A stretch of DNA of 64,000 nucleotides, taken from contig CAVPNL010000018.1 of assembly GCA_963706575.1 (NCBI GenBank), positions 64,001 to 128,000 of the forward strand, in the 5' to 3' direction. Source of the stretch: an uncultured delta proteobacterium. Lineage in GTDB: Bacteria > Desulfobacterota > Desulfobacteria > Desulfobacterales > JAHEIW01. The position numbers and the translations under genes are program-made. This document shows, piece by piece, positions 22,516-32,185 of this stretch (positions are counted from its first letter, which is position 1; each line of letters opens with the position of its first letter). Below the pieces are notes generated by a model, which was given only the letters and a program-made list of their open reading frames with translations, searched no databases and was not told where the DNA came from.

Positions 22516-23223
22516 TTAAGACTTTGGGCGCCAGAATGCTGAATTTCGAGTTACTTCCTCCAGTCTCTGAAAGAATAGCAGCGCATATTCGTGCGCCGAG
22601 GAAACATAGTGACCGCTCAATTTTTCACTGTGGCGCGAGGTGCTCATAATAGCCATCATATCCGAAACAGGAAGAATTGCCTCCTCTGTACCCGAAACAA
22701 ACCCTGACCATTTTCTTGCATGATCTTCCGACCGGAAGAGATGGATACGGCTTCATGTAAAGGGCCAATTCTCTTCCCATTGACGCCGAGGTATATCGGT
22801 ATACCCACAGATGCCGATAGGGGTTTCATTTTGTATGATGCCATCTCGCACAACAACTTGCATGGACTCACCGCAATCCAGACACGGCGCATCGATCTGG
22901 ACCGACTTTCCTGGAAATACCCAGCAGACCGCCAGGGCTTCAAGACCTCATTGTGCAAACCATTTTTGCTGCCCTTCAACAGTGATACGGTATTGCGTCG
23001 GCAAATTGTTAAATGGCGCAAACGACACCATTAAATCCGTATCGGGGTATAACCACATCGGCATCACATTTGTGTTGATCAGATCATGAAGTCGCTTTTT
23101 GCCTTCATCTGGTTTTACGCCAAACGTGTTGCCTATTTCTGCGTAATGCGGCGCATAGCCTCTTTGGACAAAAGTTTCCATAATGTAGTGGTAAGTTTTA
23201 TCTAATTGATCCGGATCCCCCAT
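22516..23223 (-). CDS. MerB (alkylmercury lyase)-like protein with two predicted selenocysteines (TGA at 22950-22948 and 22755-22753)
   Basis: One 236-codon frame interrupted only by two TGA: ...PTQYRITVEGQQKWFAQ-U-GLEAL...DAPCLDCGE...WPFT-U-SRIHLFRSEDHARKW...; both U fall at MerB catalytic Cys positions; SECIS-like hairpins follow; strong RBS GAAGGAG. Confidence 0.8.
22723..22755 (-). promoter_or_regulatory. Putative SECIS 2
   Basis: UGA AGCCGUAUCCAUC UCUUCC GGUC GGAAGA, perfect 6-bp stem with GGUC loop. Confidence 0.65.
22920..22950 (-). promoter_or_regulatory. Putative SECIS 1
   Basis: UGA GGUCUUGAAGC CCUGGC GGUCU GCUGGG stem-loop. Confidence 0.6.
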
Positions 23224-23267
23224 ATCTTCTCCTTCCTCTACTCAATACAGCAAGTTGGTTTATAACG

Positions 23268-23695
23268 TCAGGCTAACCCACTTAATAGAGCAGGCAATTC
23301 GTCCAGCGTTTTGATTTCAAAATCTGGTTGAAAAGGCAAACGTTCTGGCCGCTGTCTTTTAATTTTGCCAGAGTATCCTTCACTTCGGGATAGCATTCCA
23401 GCTCAAGATAGGCGTTAATAAGATCGTTTCTCAATTGATTGTCCATGATATTAAAAAGATCCAGTGCGTAATCGAGGGCATCTTGGGTAATCTGCCAAAA
23501 ATCGGCATGTTTTTTCATCAAACTGCGAAGCCAGGTATATTCAAGCTGCTTGGTGCGCCAGATACTTGATACCTGGCCCGAGACATCGCCAAGGCGTTCA
23601 CTATATTTTCCGACAGCGGAATGAACATCAAACAATGTTCCATAAGCATCAAAAACGCAGGCTTTTATATTCGGAATCAGAGATTCTTGCGGCAT
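23268..23695 (-). pseudogene. Haloacid dehalogenase type II with internal deletion
   Basis: VFDAYGTLFDV and WRTKQLEYTW N-half; the natural C-terminus (PERLPFQPDFEIKTLDELPALL) follows directly in another frame. Confidence 0.75.
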
Positions 23696-23967
23696 TATGT
23701 ACCTCCATTTTTAGAGTAACCTCAATTGAGTATTAAATCGATTGGGAGTTGTTGGTTATTTGTTAATTTTTGCTTTCCGGATAACCAGATTGTGTTATTT
23801 GGCGAAAGTATGAAATATCTATTGTCCACCGAATGATGAGGATTTTTGTTTCATATCCAAATCCAAAACTCAAGAGATTTCAAATATAGCTTGTTTTTTG
23901 ATGGTAAATATTAGGGGATTCAAGCAAGAATGATTTAAATTGGAACAGACATTAAGAGGGACCAATT

Positions 23968-24882
23968 TTAAGAAAGACTCTCTGTTCTGTTTCTTCCTCT
24001 TTCTTTAGCAAGATAAAGGGCCTGGTCAGCCTGACGAATCAAATCAGATAGCATCGTCTCGGTATCACCACTTCCGGCCTTCGTTAAATGGAAACCAAGA
24101 GATATGGTTATTCGAACACATATATCCTCAAAACAGAACTCAAAACCCTCGATAGCCTTTCGTATACGCTCGCAATGCACCTGCACGCCTTCTTTGTTAA
24201 TCTCACCACGTGGCAAAATAATAAATTCATCTCCACCATAGCGACCAAACAGATCTTCAGTGCGCTTATTTTCAATGACAGTGTTGGCAAGCTGAGCCAA
24301 GACTGAGTCGCCACTTTGATGACCATATGTGTCATTGACTTGTTTAAAGTTGTCGATATCCATCAGGACAACACCGATAGGCAACTTATGCCTGCTGGCA
24401 TAGGCCATCTCCATTGAAGCAAGTTTGCTAAAGTGATGACGGTTAAATATTCCCGTAAGCGCATCCAAAGACGCTTTTTGTAAAAGCTTTTTCTCCGATC
24501 CTATTTCAGCTTCAGTCTTATATTCAATTTTCATTATTGAATGACCTAGCTGAAGGGGAACGCCCGGTAGCAACCTGGTACGACTTATTTTTCGAGCATC
24601 AATGTATGTACCGTTGGTTGATCCTTTATCTTCAATCGTAATGGTATGGCCCATCAATTCGACGACACAATGAATGCGGGATATCCGGTCATCTTCAATT
24701 CTGATATCTGCCTCTGGAGATCGGCCAATTGTCATAAAATCGCTGTTGAGCTTATGGCGGCAACCACTGTCGTTGCCGATATAAATCACTAAATAGGGGT
24801 GACGATCCTCAGAGAGAACAGTAGCTTCGTCATCGAAAGTAATTGTTTTAGACAGATTAATATTTTGGCTCTCTTCCATCAA
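23968..24882 (-). CDS. FHA-domain diguanylate cyclase
   Basis: IGRS/SRIH/STNGT FHA motifs; DIDNFKQVND, RTED I-site, GGDEF. Confidence 0.9.
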   Translation of the reverse strand: MMEESQNINLSKTITFDDEATVLSEDRHPYLVIYIGNDSGCRHKLNSDFMTIGRSPEADIRIEDDRISRIHCVVELMGHTITIEDKGSTNGTYIDARKISRTRLLPGVPLQLGHSIMKIEYKTEAEIGSEKKLLQKASLDALTGIFNRHHFSKLASMEMAYASRHKLPIGVVLMDIDNFKQVNDTYGHQSGDSVLAQLANTVIENKRTEDLFGRYGGDEFIILPRGEINKEGVQVHCERIRKAIEGFEFCFEDICVRITISLGFHLTKAGSGDTETMLSDLIRQADQALYLAKERGRNRTESLS

Positions 24883-25282
24883 GAATTTCTGCCGAAACTA
24901 ATTTGTAGCAGTCGCTGTATAGTTGTTTATATATTGTTAAACATGAAAAATTGGAATAGATGTACAAACTAAAAACAATGATCCTTTTGTATTTATCGGA
25001 ATCTCAAAATAATACTTTAGTGAAGAAAGAACGGGACGAGACTTTGTAGATGGAATTAAGTGGAGGAATAATCTGCAGGGGAATAGGATCATGGTTGATT
25101 TGTTGCGTTTCTTTGAAGAAATAGAACAAAATTAAATTTTCAGTTTACTTAAAGGCGAACGGCTGAAGTTAGCAGCACAGGCCGTTGGGGAAAACAGGTA
25201 AACCTTGCCGGCTTATATAAGAAAACCACAAGTCGCGTTCAAAAGTTCCTAAAACAAAAAAAGATATGGCTTATAAACCCTA

Positions 25283-25489
25283 TCCTGTCATCAGCTGCGG
25301 CATACCATGGCAACCCAGCTGCTCAATGCCGATGCGGATCTGGTCTCAATACAGGATCTTTTGGGCCACAGCCGCATCAAAACAACGCAGCGGTATTGCC
25401 GGGTGAGCAACTTGAAAGTGCAACGAGATTACTTTAAAGCCATCGAGGAGGTGATCAAAAGGACAACTATGAACAATAATTTTACTTGA
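25283..25489 (+). pseudogene. C-terminal fragment of a tyrosine recombinase
   Basis: [12 protein letters not shown]...[15 protein letters not shown] (HxxR, LGH, catalytic Y). Confidence 0.85.
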
Positions 25490-25562
25490 CAGGCAGCAAT
25501 ATAAGAATTATTAAATCGTACATAACCAATTAATATTAATAGAAATATAAGCGTTTGTTACG
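25486..25562 (+). repeat. AT-rich dispersed repeat, copy B, abutting the recombinase stop codon
   Basis: TTGACAGGCAG...GAATTATTAAA...TAACCAATTAATATTAATAGAAA...GTTTGTTACG. Confidence 0.8.
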
Positions 25563-26330
25563 GGTACATAGCCGCAATCCACAATTTAGCCGAAGTGTGG
25601 GTTACACATATTAATATACAGTCTTGGAAAGAAACGTAATCAGCGAATTTTTACACTTGAGATATAAAATGAGTATCACAACATTTTCAAGGATTCAAAA
25701 GTGGTGATAAGTTGGATTCATGCAAATTTAACCACCTATATTCATCGCAGAATAATAGCAAATATCTGCAGTTTCGAGGTGATGATTTAGTAGTTCTATC
25801 AATTCCCCGTGGAATAGCTTGCATACAAACTTCCAAACGAAATCGCAGTTTGCGGGTTTTACAGGGATTATCGCAGACATGTACATCACAAGGTTTTCAG
25901 TGCTGTCAAAAGCTGAGAGATATAGAACCAGATCTCTCAACCACCAAGCATGAAAAGGTGAGCCCCAAAAAGAAGTCTTTAAAAGTAAAAATTTCTTTCT
26001 AAAAATAACTTTACTTCATTGACATCGCACAATTCATGTCTGTGTTATAATTTGTTAAGTGTAACACCAACTTCGACACCTATAAAAAAACCATTGGATG
26101 GCTTAGTGTCTCCATAGGTTATACTTAAAAAAGGGAGTTTGAACGTGGCACATAACAGGTTTCTCGGGTGTGCGTGGATCCTTTCAGATGGATTTTAACG
26201 GCACCCTTGATTCCATGTTTCTTTTAACCCCCAATAAGAACCTCCTGTTACCCAGCCCACCAACGCTTAATTAATGCCTACCATGACCTCAACTACTCAG
26301 TGATCATCGGTTCATATTGTCCGTAAAAAC

Positions 26331-26369
26331 AAAAAGGCACCCCTCTCTAATGGAAGGATGCCCTTTTTT
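26331..26369. terminator. Intrinsic terminator downstream of the cold-shock gene
   Basis: AAAAAGGCA(C)CC...GGATGCCCTTTTTT hairpin with A and T tracts. Confidence 0.55.
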
Positions 26370-26384
26370 ACTCGGAAACGAAAG

Positions 26385-26585
26385 TTAAATCAAAGTGACA
26401 TTTGCAGCGGCTGGACCTTTTTGTCCTTGCTCTATGTCAAAGGAAACTTGGTCGCCTTCATTGAGGGATTTAAAACCGGCTGCGTTGATTGCTGAATGAT
26501 GAACAAACACATCCGGTCCGTCTTCCTGCTCGATGAATCCGAATCCTTTTCCTGCATTAAACCACTTAACAGTTCCATTAGTCAT
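26385..26585 (-). CDS. Cold-shock protein (CspA family)
   Basis: [15 protein letters not shown] (RNP1), DVFVHHSAI (RNP2). Confidence 0.95.
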   Translation of the reverse strand: MTNGTVKWFNAGKGFGFIEQEDGPDVFVHHSAINAAGFKSLNEGDQVSFDIEQGQKGPAAANVTLI

Positions 26586-26842
26586 AATAACATTCTCCTT
26601 TCTTAAAATTTCAACGTCGCAAACTGGAGGATGCCACTCAGACAAATGGATTGTTCCCTCAGAAAGAAACCGTCCCGATTTTTAAGGCGGGACTTAATTG
26701 ATTAGGTGGAACGTAACCCTTCTTTAGGCTAATAGCAAGCTAATTATTGATATTTTTAGCGGAATACTCAGATTAGGTTATTTCAAAACCTCTGATATAT
26801 GTTGAATGTCGATGATTAGAAGCTACGGCTCCGCTTTGGTCC

Positions 26843-27232
26843 TCATCTTCCACGACCTCGACCTCCTCGGCCACCACCTTGTCCTCCTCGGCCACCACCT
26901 TGTCCTCCTCGGCCACCACCGTATCCTCCTCTGCCGCCATCTTGTCCTCCTCGACCACCGCCGTATCCTCCTCCACCGCCACGACTTTCGGTACGAGGAC
27001 GAGCCTCATTAACGTTAAGCGCTCTTCCTTTTAGTTCTTTGCCATTTAGGCCATCGATTGCAGACTGCCCTTCAGCTTTAGAGGCCATTTCCACGAATCC
27101 AAATCCTTTTGATTGACCACTATACTTGTCTTTTATAATGGTGGCGGATTCAACCTGCCCGAATTGTTCTAAAGCCAGCCGCAAGTCCTCTTCGGTGACC
27201 TCGTACGACAAATTTCCTACATAGATCTTCAT
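26843..27232 (-). CDS. RRM RNA-binding protein with Gly/Arg-rich tail
   Basis: IYVGNLS, SKGFGFVEM, VNEARPR; 21-bp repeats encoding GGGRGG[QY]. Confidence 0.95.
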   Translation of the reverse strand: MKIYVGNLSYEVTEEDLRLALEQFGQVESATIIKDKYSGQSKGFGFVEMASKAEGQSAIDGLNGKELKGRALNVNEARPRTESRGGGGGYGGGRGGQDGGRGGYGGGRGGQGGGRGGQGGGRGGRGRGR

Positions 27233-27348
27233 TCTAATCTCCTTTGTAATAAATTATAAATTTTCACATCGCCTAACGCTTCAAATCAGCAGCGCTTCTG
27301 CCTGGGGCTATTTCTGGTTATACCCATCGGCTTGTTGAAAACGGCAGG

Positions 27349-27828
27349 TCACCGATTATCTCTTCTCAGCGCATTCCTTGAAGCTCTATCTACAAGTGTA
27401 AAAAGCCTATCAATATCATCTTTTTGATTCGGTACCTGATGTCCACGCACTTTAACCAGTTCACAATCCATCTGATCGATCATTCTATAAAACTCCAGAT
27501 ACAGCTCATAATTGTTGAGGCATTTATTTTTCTTTGAACGATAATCATTTTGCTCAAATCGATCACGTCTTCCCTTTAATCCCATAATGTTTTGAGAATC
27601 CGTATATACAATCACCTTACGCCCCAATGCTTGAATATCGCTTAGCGCCCATAATAATGTCTGCAATTCCAGTTTCGTTGAAGACGTATGCTCAAATCGC
27701 CTCACTTTCACGCGCGTTTTTAATGAATCCAACGAGAGTCCACGTTCAGAGACAGCGAGGTAAGCCCCATATCCGATATTTGACTGGGTATTTACACTTC
27801 CATCTGTAAGTAGTATCAGTTCATCCAT
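27349..27828 (-). CDS. Ribonuclease HI family protein
   Basis: LTDGS, STKLEL, VYTDSQ, VKVRGH, LVDRAS acidic catalytic pattern. Confidence 0.85.
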   Translation of the reverse strand: MDELILLTDGSVNTQSNIGYGAYLAVSERGLSLDSLKTRVKVRRFEHTSSTKLELQTLLWALSDIQALGRKVIVYTDSQNIMGLKGRRDRFEQNDYRSKKNKCLNNYELYLEFYRMIDQMDCELVKVRGHQVPNQKDDIDRLFTLVDRASRNALRRDNR

Positions 27829-28019
27829 AAAAATATTACTTTATTCCATAACAAGTGATTATATAGTTTTTTTCAATGGCTATTACCTTTAATGAGTTCT
27901 GGATAACATGCATCCGAAATTTTCTGATTAGGTCAACAGTTATTGCGTGTGCGCTTTAACTTCTAAATATGATCTGGAACCGATGCGTCTAAGAAAACAA
28001 TCTCCGCCATATTGAGATG

Positions 28020-29159
28020 CTAATACTTTGAACGCTCTTTTCTCCATCTCAAAACGGATCTCAATCCTTCTTGTGCGACCCTTTTCCCTTGAAGCTCGTC
28101 GAAAATGGCAAAATTTAAAGCATTTATTACGTCAATGTTCCTCTCCTTCTCGTTCATAAAAGGTATAAGATTAAAAGTTTCACGGAAAATGTCCTTAAAT
28201 TCAAGTATCCGATCTCCTGTAAACACCTTCTGAAGTATTTTGTGAGGTTTTTGTGCGAAACCGACTTCGTCGAGACGCCTTTCGATATAAATTAGTGTTC
28301 TGGGCGTAACCTTAAACCCCAAAATCTCTTCCAGATACATCTCAATAGCAGGCGCTAACGGTTTCTGGCAAGCTTCATCCTCGTTAATATCAATTGAGCT
28401 GGACGCATTGATAAACGGAATCGCAGATTTCCCTTTGACCTGGGCGGTCTTCTTTAGACGATGAGCTTCGGCCAGGCGACATAAATGCTCTGCCTGAAGA
28501 GCGGCGACCTGAAGGTAGGCGCTTAAATTATAGAAGCCTGTGTGGATATACTCGGGGAGAGCTACGCCATTTCGACTGCGCACGTACCTGTATTTGTGAT
28601 CAATTTCGCCCCACGCCTCCTCAAGAATCGTCCTCAATTGGAACTCGAATTGAAGATCTTCCAATCCAGAAGGCGCATCTGAATTCTCACCTAGCTCTAC
28701 CTGGTAATGAATAGATGAGTATCCGCTATATGTTAGATCCATGCCATCTGATATCGACTCGCCAGGATCAACCGGGAGGATGAAGGATCTCTTTTGATCG
28801 GGTCCTTTTACGAAACGCAAGATTTTCTCCTCGGACAAAAGTCCAAGATATGCCTCGACTTTTCCGATATCTGAAAGGCGTAGACAGATAATCCTAACGC
28901 CTAATAGATCGCCGACTCTCGTCTGATAATTTTTTTCCGTTATTGGCGGTGCTCCAGCCTCAAGCTCTTTATTCTGCTTATCAATTTTCTCAATAATTCT
29001 TAACTCATCTTTGATGCGATATACAATTGTATGCAGGCTTTCCTTTGGTGAAGCAGGATCATCGCTGATCAGATGAACAATGTATTCTGCAAGCCTTTTA
29101 TATCTTTCCTTTTCATTCAAAAACGAGATGAGAATCGCTTCCTTTTGATATGCAATCAT
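28020..29159 (-). CDS. RelA/SpoT synthetase-domain protein (small alarmone synthetase-like) with C-terminal extension
   Basis: YRIKD, DLLGVRII, GYSSIHY, FEFQLRTILEEAWGEIDH; no HD hydrolase, TGS or ACT domain seen. Confidence 0.85.
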   Translation of the reverse strand: MIAYQKEAILISFLNEKERYKRLAEYIVHLISDDPASPKESLHTIVYRIKDELRIIEKIDKQNKELEAGAPPITEKNYQTRVGDLLGVRIICLRLSDIGKVEAYLGLLSEEKILRFVKGPDQKRSFILPVDPGESISDGMDLTYSGYSSIHYQVELGENSDAPSGLEDLQFEFQLRTILEEAWGEIDHKYRYVRSRNGVALPEYIHTGFYNLSAYLQVAALQAEHLCRLAEAHRLKKTAQVKGKSAIPFINASSSIDINEDEACQKPLAPAIEMYLEEILGFKVTPRTLIYIERRLDEVGFAQKPHKILQKVFTGDRILEFKDIFRETFNLIPFMNEKERNIDVINALNFAIFDELQGKRVAQEGLRSVLRWRKERSKY

Positions 29160-29196
29160 GTATTCAGATCTCCAAAAATACAAATTTGTTCTAAAA

Positions 29197-29502
29197 TTAG
29201 TAGCGCCCTTTGCCGCGCCTGTCTCCACGTCCTCCTCTGTCTCTACCTCTACGGTCGTCAGACTGAGAGCGAGCTTCATTGACGGTAATCGTTCTGCCTT
29301 TAAAAGCCTGTCCATTTAAAGTTGTGATTGCAGACTGAGCCTCAGCTTGAACGGGCATCTCCACGAATCCAAAGCCTTTTGATCGACCACTTTGTTCATC
29401 CTTGACAACAGATGTGGATGTGACTTGTCCGAAGGCCTCAAAAGCCTGGCGCAAATCTCGTTCGGTGACATTATATGATAGGCTGCCGATGAAAATTTTC
29501 AT
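29197..29502 (-). CDS. RRM RNA-binding protein
   Basis: IFIGSLS, SKGFGFVEM, VNEAR. Confidence 0.93.
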   Translation of the reverse strand: MKIFIGSLSYNVTERDLRQAFEAFGQVTSTSVVKDEQSGRSKGFGFVEMPVQAEAQSAITTLNGQAFKGRTITVNEARSQSDDRRGRDRGGRGDRRGKGRY

Positions 29503-29557
29503 TTTAATCCCCCTCGATCAACCGTGTGAAGTTTTGCGTGCACCAATCTTTAAATCA

Positions 29558-31034
29558 TTAAGCTACTGCATGCATACAGTCAATCAATTCTCTGACTTCA
29601 ACAATTGCTATGCCGGAATTGATATCGGACATGGCGTAGGGAATGACCAACTCGTTGTTATGAATTAGCGCACCGCAGGAATAAACAACATTGGGAACAT
29701 ATCCCTCGCGCTCTTTCTCATGCGGGGCAAGCAACGGCTCATCCAGGCGGGCGATGATTTTTGCTGGATTTTCAAGATCAAGCAGTATGGCGCCGATGCA
29801 ATACTTGCGCATAGGCCCGACGCCATGGGTGAGCACAATCCAGCCTTCATTGGTTTCGAGGGGTGAACCACAGTTGCCGATCTGGATGAATTCCCATGGG
29901 TGTTCAGGCTCCTGGATGATTTGGGACTCTTGCCAGAAATGGATATTGTCTGAGAACATGATATGATTGTTTTCACCGTCCTGGCGCGAGAGCATGGCAT
30001 AGCGGCCGCCAATTTTCCGCGGGAAAAGCGCCATGCCCTTGTTTTGTACGGCTTTACCGTTGAGCGTTAAAATGTTGAATTTGATGAAATCCTTTGTTTC
30101 GATCAACTGCGGTAAAATCGTGCCGTTATAGGCGGTATAGGTCGCGTAATAGACGACCTCACCGTTGTCATCGAAAAATTGAACGAACCGGGCATCTTCA
30201 ATGCCTCTGCTTTCGTTTTTCGAAACGGGAAAGATCACCCGTTCGGATATGCTATGATCGGCGTGGAAACTCACCTCATAATTGGAATCCGCCAGCCAGC
30301 ACATGGCCTTGAAGGTTCTTTTTTGGCTGCGCTTCAGAAAATTGCGGTTTTGCGCGAAGTATTCCAATTTTTTCTATTAATTCATTATAAGTAAAATCTT
30401 CCGGCAGCTGGTTAAGAATATGGGCGGTTATCTCATTGCCGGCCCCCATCTCGTTCAGCTTGAGCTGGAAAGGATTGCGCTTGTAAACCGCGTCTAATTG
30501 GAGATCCGGCGTTTCCACAAAATCACTGATCGGGTCGAAAAGGAACGCATTGTGCCGGTCAAGGACGCCGCTGCGAAAGACAATTGACGAAACATGGCCT
30601 TCGCCGGTTGCCCGCAGACTCATGACAAAGCGCAAGCTGCCTTTTTTCAGATGGCTCTGATCAGGATGGGGAACGAGGGAAGGGTTGAAAAGGGCGGCCG
30701 ATTCAATGGCGTACTCTTTTGTAAAGTAAGCTCCGATGAGGGCCCTTTGAGCATCGCTAAGCATTGCATCCCCGGGAAGATAACCTTTCACCTCGTTTAG
30801 ATGCCGCTCAAAAATATGCCCGATGTCTTCGTGCCTTCCGGCAAAGTCAGTCATTATTTGAGTAATTAAATTTTTGGCCGCTGTTTCAGACAGGCTCATT
30901 ATCCGCTGAATTATTTTAGATATGCGATACCTGTCATCGGGAAGATGAAGAAGGGTGATTACCCGTGATGTATCCCCTACGATCTTATTCGCTTTTCTTT
31001 TAACTTTCAGCTTTTGACGCTTTTTAGGGTGCAT
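29558..31034 (-). CDS. GH130-like glycosidase/phosphorylase, long form (frameshift near 30320)
   Basis: SAALFNPS, SLRATGEGHVSSI, GIEDARFV, NKGMALFP, EREGYVPNVVYSCG. Confidence 0.8.
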
Positions 31035-31164
31035 ATGATTGTGTCCTTAGGGTCGATTGATATTTAATACACTGCATCGTAGGTCTGTTCATCATAATAG
31101 CTCTTCCATTCCGGCCTATCCTCGAAGTTGATTTTCCGGTCTGCGATCATCCGGCAATGATCAT

Positions 31165-32106
31165 CTACAGCGGAGGCCGGGAAACCGAGAGGCAGAGCGC
31201 TACCAATTCATCAATGACGGCCGTGCCGGCGCACATGACCGTATCCGCGCCGCCCCAGTATATTTTTACCGTACCGTCGTCTTCCGGAACAGCGCCGCAG
31301 GTAAAGACAACATTGGGGACATAGCCAATTACCTCCCAGGGATCCTCAGGCTGCAATATCCACTGATCGGAAACGCCGATGATGTTGGCCGGATCATCAA
31401 GGTCATGCAGGGCCGCGCCGAGTCGATACACTGTTCCGGACATCGTCTTAAAAACGCCATGGTAAATATGAAGCCAGCCTTTGTCGGTTTTAAATGGTGG
31501 TGCGCCGGGTCCGATTTTCATTTCATCCCAGTGATAGGCCACCGGCTTCATAATCACCCGGGAATCGCCCCAGTGCACGAGGTCGGGAGAATAGGAAATC
31601 CAGATCGACCAGGACGAAATTTCGGAATGTGGCCGATCCAAACGCACATACCGATCGCCGAACTTTTCAGGGAAAATGACCACGTTGCGGAGGTCGGCCT
31701 GGGTGATCAGCGCAATACGTTCCACTTTTTCAAAATCCCGGGTGCGCGCCAGGGCAATCCGCACGCCGTGATGGGAATAGGCGCTATAGGTCAGCAGGTA
31801 CTCGTTTTCTACCCGGGAAATCCGCATGTCTTCGACGCCGAACGCTTCATATTCGGCAAAAACATTGTCCGTTGAAGGTATAAGAAAGGGTTTGGGGTGA
31901 ACCGTAAATGAAAAACCATCCTCGCTGTCGGCCCTGCCGATGATGGAGCGCCCGTTTAGCAGATGCGACCTGAAAAGCATAATGTAACGATCGTTGTGTT
32001 TGACGATACCCGCATTGTGAACTGTAGCGACTGGATACGGCACATCCTTTCTTGTCAGTATGGGGTTTTTTTTAAACCGTGTTATTATTGGATTATGAGT
32101 TTTCAT
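31165..32106 (-). CDS. GH130 family glycoside phosphorylase/hydrolase
   Basis: NPIL, VHNAG, GVEDMRI, RNVVIFPEK, GYVPNVVFTCG, YWGGAD. Confidence 0.88.
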   Translation of the reverse strand: MKTHNPIITRFKKNPILTRKDVPYPVATVHNAGIVKHNDRYIMLFRSHLLNGRSIIGRADSEDGFSFTVHPKPFLIPSTDNVFAEYEAFGVEDMRISRVENEYLLTYSAYSHHGVRIALARTRDFEKVERIALITQADLRNVVIFPEKFGDRYVRLDRPHSEISSWSIWISYSPDLVHWGDSRVIMKPVAYHWDEMKIGPGAPPFKTDKGWLHIYHGVFKTMSGTVYRLGAALHDLDDPANIIGVSDQWILQPEDPWEVIGYVPNVVFTCGAVPEDDGTVKIYWGGADTVMCAGTAVIDELVALCLSVSRPPL

Positions 32107-32185
32107 AGTGGTCTGTCCTATAGAGTCATTTTAAAATCTTAGGCCACCGGTATTGGCTACCTGTTTCAGATTTTTCGAGGCCATT

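Noticed and set aside
22948..23223. 91-aa stand-alone ORF and the overlapping 22656..23021 ORF
   Set aside because: Better explained as one Sec read-through gene; the overlapping frame has no recognisable motifs.
26019..26051. TTGACA...TATAAT promoter
   Set aside because: The spacer is 21 bp and no clear gene follows.
26773..27012. Repetitive ORFs (VVAEEDK and HHLVLLG types)
   Set aside because: Alternative frames of the Gly-rich RRM tail.
29160..29315. N-terminal extension of the RelA/SpoT-domain ORF
   Set aside because: Overlaps the RRM gene in another frame; ATG at 29159 is the more plausible start.
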